From contig JARFYF010000094.1 of the NCBI GenBank assembly GCA_030265395.1, forward strand, positions 92,994,507-93,058,506: a stretch of DNA of 64,000 nt, written 5' to 3'. How positions within the stretch are numbered: position 1 is the first letter of the stretch; every line of letters begins with the position of its first letter. The notes below the pieces were generated by a model that searched no databases, was not told the origin of the DNA, and was given only the letters and a program-made list of their open reading frames with translations. This DNA comes from Rhina ancylostomus. Taxonomy: Eukaryota. The position numbers were made by a program, and so were the translations under genes. This document shows positions 53,833-64,000 of the stretch, in pieces.

Positions 53833-54404
53833 TTCATCTATTGTCTTCCCCTGCATAGTTTCAATGGCACAGTATCAGAATGTCCCACACCCAATGATTG
53901 GTTTTAATGACTCCAAAGCATCAGTTGGAGTTAAATTGTGAACAGGTTTTATTTTCTGAAGACTGGTTCTCATTTTAATTAATATCTGCTATCCATTATT
54001 TCATAACTCCAGAATAATCCCTAACAGTTCTATGTCTGAAAACTGAAGCGTCTGAGAAGTTCTGAGAAACTGCAGATATCTCAACAAAAGTCAAGATGGA
54101 GGAGACAACATTGAGAATTGAACTGCATGACAGTTAAAAAATCCTGTAAGAAGCAGAACTGATTTGATCCAAGTGTGCCCAGGGTGCTTTGATGAAACAT
54201 TTGGATGCCTTGTGGATTTGGAATATTATATCACCATTCACTCCCATGTGAAATCATTGATCTACCATTTGCCCCAACACCCCTCATTCCAACAATGTAA
54301 AATGCCAATTGAGTTGAAGAGAAAGCTTGAAAAGGAACCTGGTCAGGTGGAGCTGTGGGTAGCTGTGCCAGTGTGCTGCCTAAACCTTCAAATCAAATCC
54401 CTTG

Positions 54405-54700
54405 GCTTTGCATAGTAGTGCAGCGGTTAACATAATGCTATTACAGTGCCAGCGACGCAGGTTCAATTCCAGCCGCTGTATGTTAGGAGTTTATACATTC
54501 TCCTTGTGTCTGTGTGGGTTTCCTCCAGGTGCTCCAGTTTCTTCCTACATTCCAAAGATGTACGGATTAGGAAGTTGTGGTCATGCTATGTTGGTGCCAG
54601 AAACATGGCAACACTTGCAGGCTGCCCCGAGAACACTCTACACAAAAGGTGCATTTCACTGTGTTTTAATATACATGTGACTATTAAAGATATCTTACCT
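54405..54700 (+). mobile_element. tRNA-derived V-SINE
   Basis: agtagtgcagcggttaac...ggttcaattcc head; same family as 38887-39195. Confidence 0.85.
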
Positions 54701-55999
54701 TATAGTATCTTAATTGCCACATGCTCTGTTAGAACTAGATAGATGTTGTCCTTTCAAGTCCACAAATATTTGAACAGCTGCTTATTTTTAATTGTTCTTG
54801 TTAATTATAAACTTTGATTGTGATAATTCATTCCTTAGATAAAGGAGTTCCAAAGTGCAAGTGGGTATCATCCTTTAGAATATAGTTGAAGTATGCCATC
54901 TTAATGCAAGTAGTGGACCAAAGTCTTCACAAAACCTAAATCTGGTGACACTAAATATTTCTGGGAACCTTAAAGTTAGGGTCATGTCAGTGAAATCCTG
55001 TGCACAGATGTAAAAATGAATCTAACAACATAATAATTGTTTTGCATTTATACACATTTAATGTGCCAATTAATGAAACAAGACCAAATTGGCTATAGGA
55101 TGCAAAATCCTAAATAAACCTAACACATTAGCCTGTGCTTTCTGAGCTATAAACTTGACCACTACTAATAAAAATGGTTAATTATCCACTTGTTGAAAAA
55201 TGAAAAAAGTACATTCTCCATTGGCAATAATATACATGACCTAATATAGCACAAAGTTTATCCACACTTCAAGATTCAAGAAAGCAAAGTATTGGAGAAC
55301 AACAGATTCACATCAAACAGAATATTAAGGTCATAAAAGTTATTAACCTATTGCTTAGCAGGGCAAATTAAGACACAAACATTAGAAAATGACAACTCAC
55401 TTTCGTTCAGCCAGATTCACCCCTTAATTAGAGGTTTAACTGGTGTATTAGTCATTATGCACTCACCAATTAACTGGATTAATTCAACATGAAAAATACA
55501 ATTAGTATTGGAAAAATACAATTCCACAAAAAGCATAGATCCTGAAAAATAATAATATTGCTCTGAAGGGGAAATGAGCCATCATGTTAAGAGGCCAACA
55601 AATGAGTAGTTGTATTAAGAGGGTATTAAGAGATTCTCACCTGTAGGTCAGGGCAGACAATTTTACAATGATAATGTTCTCTCTTGTTAAGTCCTGAGTT
55701 CACTCACAAAACAGATTATTTCTCACAAAGGAACAAGATTACCTAAAACCATGTTTCTCTTCGATGTTAAGGAATGACATTTTTTCAAAGTTGCTTCATA
55801 TAAATTCCTATCCACTTCCCTTTTGTCTCGCCTCAATGTGTGAATTTAGTGTCAGCAAGAAATATGGAAACTAACTTAGACTACAGAAAGGTGAAAGCTA
55901 AACATCAGCAAAATTGCAATTCATTAGTCAACGATTGTCGTGAGTATTCTTATTCATCCAATCGATGATTCAGTTTTCTGGAGCCAAGGAAAAAGCAGA

Positions 56000-56668
56000 A
56001 ACTACGAGCAACACACAAAATGCTGGAGGAACTCAATGGGTCAGGCAGTACCTATGAAGGGAAATGCACAGTCGACGTTTTGGGTGAGGGAAGGGGGTGG
56101 AGTGAGAGCTGGCGAGTGATAGGTGAATCCAGGTGAAAGGGGAAAGATAGGCAGGTGGGGGTGGGGTATGGGACTGATGCAAGAAGTGGGGAGATTATNN
56201 NNNNNNNNNNNNNNNNNNNNNNNNNNNNNNNNNNNNNNNNNNNNNNNNNNNNNNNNNNNNNNNNNNNNNNNNNNNNNNNNNNNNNNNNNNNNNNNNNNGG
56301 GTTGTGGGGAAGGTGGGGGTGGGGTATGGGAATGATGCAAGAAGTGGGGAGATTATAGGTGGAAGCGACAAAGGGCTGAAGAAGCACAAGATAGCAGCAG
56401 AGACAAGTACCCAGGAAGGGGATATGGCTGTAGAAGTGAGTCTGAGTGAGCACATGGTCGCAGAGCAGCAGAGGTCACAGAGGGAGAGCAGAGAGAGGGC
56501 CTCATAGAACTCCCATCGTAGAGAGGAGGAAAACCTCTTCAGGGTAGGCATTCCTCAAAGGGACTTGGCAGTGGAGCAGTCAGATGGAGACACAAGAGAG
56601 AATGCAGATGCTGGAAATTTGGAGCAGCACATAAAATGCTGGAGGAACTCAGAACACACAAAATGCTA
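56000..56668 (-). mobile_element. Penelope terminal-repeat region spanning a gap
   Basis: aaaatgctggaggaactc occurs twice; cagtcgacgtttt at 56069-56081 is the hammerhead 3' half on the minus strand. Confidence 0.75.
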
Positions 56669-57184
56669 TTGGCTGCCTGCCCCAATGTCCCTTTGCATAG
56701 CTTAATTTAAGAGTTTTGTCCTGTGATGAACAATGAGGCATTCAGGGCACTACTTAAATACAAGTTAATGGGCATTTCAGTTGGGAATCAGGTTTCATTT
56801 TTGTTATTTGGCTGATATTTACATGTCTTAGTACTTCAGGGAGGTGCCTCTCATCTCAGTAACTTGATAGCATTGAGCAGATTTTAAAGCCAATTTAACA
56901 GCCACAAGGTATTCATTTGTAATATCATGTAATATGCCAGCCTGTAAGAAATTATATCCCAAATGAAAGATCAGACCTCATTTCTCTTTTTCTGACTCTG
57001 TGTAGTTTAGGGAATATATTAATAACTCATAAGATAATTATCTATAAGAAATTTTCTCTATTCCTACAAAATTATTAAACCACAGCACTGAATTTCATCC
57101 CTGGCAGCAGATGTGCAGCACTGCAGCATCTGCCCAGTAGATTCTGCCCCTAAAATTTTGTTTCAATACCATCAAATGGATGAA

Positions 57185-58990
57185 CTTTAGAGAAAGAATG
57201 CAACTGTGTTCAAAAAAGAGTGTAGGAAAAATCCTAGTAGCTACAGACTAGCCAGTGGTGGAGAATATTATGGAAACAATCATCAGGGACAGAAATAGCA
57301 GTAAATTGGAATGATTAGAAAAAGCCAGCATAAATTTGTTAATGGCAAATTACATCTAACTAATTTGGTAAAGAACTTTGATCGAGTAACAGAGAGGGTC
57401 AATGAAGGAAATGTAGTTGATGTGGCATATATGGACTTCCAAAAGGTATTTTATAATGTGCCACATATTATATTTGTTATCAGTTTTGAAAGCCAGGGAA
57501 TAAAAGAAGTGCATGGAGAGATTATTGGTTAAATAGGAAACAGGGAGTAGTTGTGAAAGGTTGATTTTCATACTGGAGGGAAGTGTAGAATTGTCCAACA
57601 ATGGGGCCCACTATTTTTCTCATTCTACATTAATAACTTGGACTGGGGCATAATTTCCAAATTTGAAGTATTTCACAAAACTTTGAGGTATAGTGAAAGG
57701 TGAGGTGTATCGCAATCGACTTCAAAGCAGTATAGATAAACTGGTGGAATGGGCAGAGATGTAGCAGATGAAACTTAGTACTAAGAAATGTAAAATATTT
57801 TCTTGAAGGAAAAATGCAAGGAAGTGACATAAACTGGAGAACATAATTCTAAAAGGATTCAAGAACACTGAGATCCAGAGATATAGGCATATAGTTTGTT
57901 GAATATGTCTGGGCAACATAGTTTATAAACTATATCAGATGCTAGGCTTTATAAATTGAGGTATAGATTACAAGAGCAAGTTGGTCATGATGAATCCTTA
58001 ATAAAACATCCATTCAATTACAAATGGAATATTATGTCCAGTTCTGTACAATATGTGTTGGGCAAGTGGTAAAGTTTTAGACATGGCACAGAAGAGATTG
58101 AATAAAGTGATTTCAGGGATGAAGAGCTTTAGTTATGGGAATACACTGGAGAGGATGGAATTATTCTCCTTGAAAAAGAGGAGATTGCAAAGTAACCTGA
58201 TAGAGATAACTAAAATTCTAAAGAGTACAGACAGAGTGGGCAGATAAAACCTGTTCTGATTGGTGGAGGAGACATGGAAAGAAGGTTTCGGTATTGGTAT
58301 GATATTGCTTTATTATTGTCACTTGTACCGAGGTACAGTGAAAAACTTGTCTTACAAACTGATCGTACAGGTCAATTCATTACCTGTAGTTGCATTGAGT
58401 TAGTACAGAGTCCATTGATGTAGTATAGATAAAAACAATAACAGTACAGAGTAAAGTGTCACAGCTACAGAGAAAGTGCAGTGCAATAAGGCGCAAGGTC
58501 ACAACANNNNNNNNNNNNNNNNNNNNNNNNNNNNNNNNNNNNNNNNNNNNNNNNNNNNNNNNNNNNNNNNNNNNNNNNNNNNNNNNNNNNNNNNNNNNNN
58601 NNNNNNAGAGTCAAAGGGGACAAACCAAATTTCTTTAGCCTCCTGAGGAAGTAGAGGCACTGGTGAGCTTTCTTGGCCGTGGCTTCTACGTGATTTGACC
58701 AGGACAGGCTGTTGGTGCTGTTCACTCCCAGGAACTTGAAGCTCTCAACCCTCTCAATCTCATTGTTTTGAAGAAGGAGGAAACATTTTTTTTACCCAGC
58801 AAGTGGTTAGGGGCTGGGATGCACTTCCAGGGATTTTGGTAGTCAGATTGAACAGTAGGGTTCAAAAGGGAGCGGCATAAGGATCTGAAAGTAAATAATT
58901 GCCAGACTATGGTGAGAGGATAGGGGACGGGACTGGTTGAACTGTTCTTATGTAGAGTTGGTACAAAGGATCAAATAGCCTCATTTTGAG
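57185..58990 (+). mobile_element. Old CR1 ORF2 RT domain to 3' end, interrupted by a Rex1-like insert
   Basis: IRKSQHKFVNGKLHLTNL...VDVAYMDFQKVFYNVPH; LERMELFSLKKRRLQSNLIE. Confidence 0.85.
58288..58762 (-). mobile_element. Rex1/Babar-clade LINE 3' fragment
   Basis: LSWSNHVEATAKKAHQCLYFLRRLKKFGLSPLT; same family as 26058-26845. Confidence 0.88.
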
Positions 58991-61900
58991 CTATACCCTG
59001 TTGTGATTCCGCATTGACCCATTATGCAGAGTATTTGGCTCCAATGACTGGGGATGTACTTCCAGCCACTTATTTTATTGCTGACCAAATATACACTGAC
59101 CACAACAATTAAATGCATGACAAAATTTATATTTGTCTGAAAAGAAAGATTTTGCATTGTTATAGTGCCTTTCATAATCGAAAGGCACCCAAATATTTTG
59201 CAAGCAATGTTGAACTTAAATCCCCCTTGGGAAGGAAATGCCACAGGTCCTAGCACCCCGAGATTTTCAAAGGCGAAGGTGAGGTCAGGATTGACGGCAG
59301 GAATCAACTCAAAGCTGCCAGTAACTATACCCTGCCCAAATTCACCACTCTGGTGGGTGGTTGTCAACTGTCCCAGCCCAAAATATCCATCACCTATTTT
59401 ATCTTAATAATACTTATTAGCCTCAATATTCACTCCTCATCGATGAAAGTGGGAGGGAGGAGAAAAGGGAGTTTATTCACCTCCAGATGATATAGATTAC
59501 AACCCATGTTACAGTATGTGCAGTGCCACCATTTCAAGCTGGCTGATAGGAACGCTTGCAAATGTCCCACCTTGGAGAGGCACAGAACTTCATCAGGATC
59601 CAACTTGTGAACCAGATTGGGTCATATGCCCATGTTGAACTGATCCACTCATTTCCAGTTATCTGGTAAACCTTGGTTTCCTGGTCTCTGAAATGTTTCC
59701 TGGATTTTTAAGGCAAACATTTCAACTTTGCCATTAATGCTGGTAACTTTCTCTAATTTTCAAAATAAAACAAAATATCCACTAGTTCCTCAATTTACAC
59801 AAGGCTTTTGATAATATGGTTCTTCTGATAGATCATGTACATACAATAATAACAATGGTGAAACAAATGTGATCAGAGTGCAGGTGATATTGCCTTTCAT
59901 TCATCTCAAGGTAGTCCATGATCTCCCTTTTCATTATATTCATTCAAGGCATGTGGTCTTCACAAGCTGAGCCAGCATTTAATTGCCTGTCCCTTGTTGC
60001 CCTTGAGAAGGTGGTGGATCACCTATGAGATTAGAAGCAAAAAGAATATTGATAAGACATCCATCTAGCTTGATTCAGTCAAATAAAAACTACATTGATG
60101 TATAAAATAAATCAGAGGCATTTTCAGCAACCAACTGATCATGCAGCCTTTCCTTGCCTTCTGTTAAATTTAGATTGAGCCACAAGGTTGTGACAGAACT
60201 TCTTCCTCAAACTGTGACCTGTTGAGACTTTTTTTCCAACCTGTTAATACCTTTGAAACATGTACAAGTTCAGTGGGTTGTTGGTCACCTCATTCGCTGT
60301 GTCTGCTTTTGTTTTTTTTCTGGCCTTGTTTTCAGAAGAATGTCCGCTTTTCCTATTACGAATTATTGTGCAACTTTATTTTAATGACAGGAGGAAAATG
60401 CACAGGATGACAGTAACAATGAAACTTTCCTTCACTTTGGAGTCTTCTGAGATTGTCAGTGGTGCTTTGTAAATGTTGATTCTTTCCAAACTTTACAGTG
60501 CTTCTCATAATAAGAGCAAACTAGACGTTGCTATACTATCGAGCCAACTTTCCTCATTCAGCCTTCTAATTGCAAACTGATTGTGTTCAAAATGAATGTG
60601 ACTTCTCTCACATATCCGCTCTCCCTTCTAAGGCTTATTTCTGAATGCAGAAACTGCATGGGCTTTCTCCCCATTCAGTCACTGGCTGACACCCTGCCAA
60701 TTTAACCACCCATCTTCCTCTCGCAATTTATCATCTAACACTGCAAGCTTGTCTCAGTCAGTAAGCCTACCCAGTGATATTATTTTGGATATTCATGGAC
60801 GCTTGAGATGAGGCAACAAATTAACTAAGTTCTTGTGTGAAAACATCTTCCATGCCTAGCTCCCTACCAGCTAAGACCAGATATTTCAGCAACTGAAGAC
60901 TGTAAATGTGAAAAGAATCCTGAATCTATGGGCATTCGCTTTGACATTAGATTCAGCACTTAAATATATACAATCCCAAATCTTTTTTACAGGAAAATGG
61001 CTCAAAAAAAATCTTGAAATGTGGTTCTCTCCTCTGTTTACACTCTGATTTCCATACGTGTACAGAAGATCAACAATAGACAGCTGTGGTCATTGGGAAG
61101 AGTTGGGAATAGTTCGAGCTGCCTTCACTGTGGAGGTTCACCTATAGCAGGAGGTACCAACGCATGTCTCCTTTGTGGACCTTTTATACTCCAGATGGGG
61201 GCAGTGAAAGCTCAGCTTATCTTGCTGTACTTCTCTCACTGAAAGTTTAATTACAGCATTCAACCTTAAGATGGAAATTCATTTCGCTAAGAACTCGAAT
61301 TATATAAAAGCATTTGACACAAATAATCACTTTTTTTGTTTCTTAACCAATGTTATGTTCCATTTGTTGGCAAGCAATGGTAGTGGGACGTGACCTGAAA
61401 ATTCCATTTGCAAAGTGGCTCTGTTCAGGAGCGGAGGCCCCAGTCCTTCCCATGTAGGAGGTGACTGGGAGGCTAGGGCTTGCAGTGGGTTTGGAAAGAC
61501 TCCAACTCCTTCAAAAAACTGTAACGCTCTCTGAGTAAAGATGCTGTGTTGGCACTGATGCATCAACCCACATCAAAACTCATTTTAATCTTCATGACTT
61601 TTTTCCTTCCTCTTTCTATGATAACTGGAAGTGTTGTTAATTATGGTTCTCATTTAAAAAAATTAACAGGAGAATCTGTAAACAAAACAGTGAAGAGCCA
61701 CTTACAATCATAGACAGACGTCAGAGCAGTTCCCAGCATGTAGAAGGAGTTTGTTGAGTTCTACCTCCAGGCTGAATCATTTGGCTGTTTTTCAGTGATG
61801 CCAGTATCATCAACAGTTCAGTTGAGAAATAATGATGCCTGAGACACTTGTAGTTTTATATGGTGCAATAATCTTTGTCTAAAACCAAAATTGTGATTGC

Positions 61901-62564
61901 AGTATTAAAATCATACCAACAAGTCTGTTTTTGTTACAGAGTGCATCTACCAACTGATTTCTTGCAGCATTGCTCACAGATATGCTGAGCTGTAGGCTAT
62001 GGCTCATCTGTTAGTCTGGTCTCTCTTCCTCAGACCACTGTTCAACTCCCTATAATGGGAAACAGGTCCATATCCTGAGGCCACAGTATAGACTGAGAAC
62101 ATAAAATCTAGATGCAGGAGTATGCCAAATGACCTCTTGGCATACTCCACCTCTGCAATTCAATAAAATTGTGGCTGATCATGTCCACTCTTCCAGCCTA
62201 TTTACACACCACCTGTGGTATTCAAAAATATATTGATCACTGTTTGAATGTACTCAATGACAGAGCATCACCTGAAAAGAGAAGCTCAGAGGTTTAGTAC
62301 CCTGTGTAAAGAGATTTCTCTTTGTTCCTGTCCTTAGCTTTTGTTTACATTGGGCATTTGTGTGGAATGGCAGCTGTCTGGCTCTGGTTGTTGAGGAAAG
62401 AGCAGGTTATGTTAAAGTCAGAAAAATCAACAGCAAGTGTTCTTGCATGGCAGACATCCTGCACTTATGCAGAGTTTGCTCACTTTGGTGTAGTTCATGG
62501 ATCAAAATAAAATTTTAAAAATGATGCTATGTGCTACACCTCTCCTTTTACCTNNNNNNNNNNT

Positions 62565-63410
62565 CAGTTTACTACATCTGATGCGGTCCCCTCAATAGAG
62601 GAGAAATCAAATGCAGATTGGTGATCGCTTTACTGACACCCCAGCTGAGTTCCCAAGGATGACCTGATAATCACTTTGCTGTCTGCCACTTTAATTTTCC
62701 GTCCCACTCCCACTCTCCACTTTCTGTCTTTGGCCTATTACACTACTTTGCACCTGTGCATACATGCACTTGTGCATATGACAATAAACTCAACTTTAAC
62801 TACTCCAATAAAATTCATTGCTAGCTCGAGGAACAGCATGTTATTTTCCACCTTGCTACATTACAGGTCTCAGGCTTTAACACTGAAGTTAGATAACCAG
62901 CTTTCTAGTACATGTGGCAATGGGCAAATTCTGATGAAAGATCATCAGCCTGAAAAATCATCTGTCTCCATAGATGCTGCCTAATCTGCTGAGCATTTGT
63001 AGAATAATTTTATTTCAGATTTCCAGTATCTCCATTCTTTTGCCTCTCCAGTGCTTTATATCACACCGTTCGAGCATTGTTTTTACTTTTTTTTCTCTCT
63101 CCTTCTCCATTTCCATTCATCTCCTTCTATTTGCATCTCCTGTAGACAGTTAACTTGTGATTGGCAAGCCTTCACCCCCTCTCTCAGCTGACACAGTTAC
63201 TTGTGTCATTCCGTCACTTTTGGACACTCCCTTGGTTCTCTCCACAGTCCACCTTCTCTGCAACTTGGAACATTTAACCTGAAACATTAACTCTTGTTTC
63301 TCTCTCCACAGATGCTGCCCGTCCTGCTGAGTATTTCCAGCATTTTCTGTATTATTTTGCTCAACCACTGGCAGATCAAAGATCTTTCTCCTCAGATTCC
63401 AGATGCCACA
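62565..63410 (+). mobile_element. Penelope GIY-YIG remnant and terminal repeats
   Basis: ctcgaggaacagcatgttattttc (LEEQHVIF); ctgatgaaagatcatcagcctgaaa at 62931-62955; ctctccacagatgctgcc. Confidence 0.7.
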
Positions 63411-63731
63411 CTTAACCACAGTCATAGCAGAGAAACTTTTAGCACACTTATTTTTTGAACATGAAGCAATGTAGCATCAGGGCAGATATAAAGCAAGCTT
63501 TCTCAGTTTTGAGTATATCCATTGTTTTTGATTGATCAGCAACTGAGTAAGTTTTTCAGCTTACTCACTCAGTGCAATTATGCAGAATATTGTGCTTATC
63601 AATGCACAAATAGGCTGAGATAGTCACGAGCCAATGTGTGGAAGTTATTCCTGATCCAATTTGAACGTTGAGATCCAGAAGGAAGAAGAAATCTGGTAAA
63701 AAAGGTGACTTTTCCATCATTCTTCAGAGAC

Positions 63732-64000
63732 TGTGGCACAGCTGCCAGAGCTGCTGCCTCACAGCTCCAATGATCCAGGTTCAATGCTGACCCATGGCAC
63801 TGTTTGTGTGGTATTTACATGTTCTCCTTGTGACCGTGTGGGTTTCCTCTGGTTTCCACTCATATCCCAAGAAGATCATAATGTTCGGTTAATTGTGCTC
63901 AGTAGATTGCCGCTGGTGTGTAGGTGAGTAGTCAAATCTGGGGAAAGTTGATAGCAATGTGGAGAGAATAAGATGGATTACTGGAAATGGGTGGTTGTTG
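63732..64000 (+). mobile_element. HE1-like V-SINE, runs off the window end
   Basis: gctgctgcctcacagctcc...ggttcaatgctgacc...gtgaccgtgtgggtttcc. Confidence 0.85.

Larger units (their letters stand above)
52060..54950 (+). mobile_element. Fragmented Ty3/Gypsy internal region (gag, protease, RT start), interrupted by SINEs and a Penelope fragment
   Basis: THLIHRYEF*SLRQEPGEPVDDFL (~52180), VQSNIIPLRLFQDIF (52798-52860) and CFDETFGCLVDLEYYITIHSHVK...MPIELKRKLEKE (54164-54340) lie in gag-pol order. Confidence 0.6.

Noticed and set aside
56152-56357. Duplicated ggtgggggtggggtatggga...gggagattat across an N run
   Set aside because: Likely the same gap-overlap artefact.

Overview
Vertebrate genomic DNA from a gapped scaffold. 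The repeat set (CR1/HER1-like LINEs, HE1/V-SINEs, Penelope-like elements, Rex1/Babar, Harbinger remnants) points to a cartilaginous fish, probably a ray (inference). The only host gene I can support is the 3' end of NYAP2 on the + strand: exons at 10710-10931, 15924-16027 and 41370-41606. It has two alternative C-termini: read-through past the donor at 16028 gives a short tail (VPSLASPE*), while splicing across a 25 kb intron gives a NYAP1-like tail ending VLWDTAI, a PDZ-type motif. The rest is intron and intergenic sequence filled with decayed transposons, and nearly all ORF-track entries are spurious or TE fragments. The most notable non-coding signals are: degenerate minimal hammerhead ribozymes in Penelope terminal repeats, including tiny TSD-flanked insertions; an unexplained ~150-bp intronic inverted repeat; a foldback MITE and miR-128 seed matches in the long 3' UTR; and a cryptic 30-bp-period array just past the poly(A) signal. 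I found no rRNA, true tRNA, CRISPR or convincing new multi-gene system. Homology calls come from recalled family motifs, not searches, and repeat boundaries are approximate unless a TSD is quoted.
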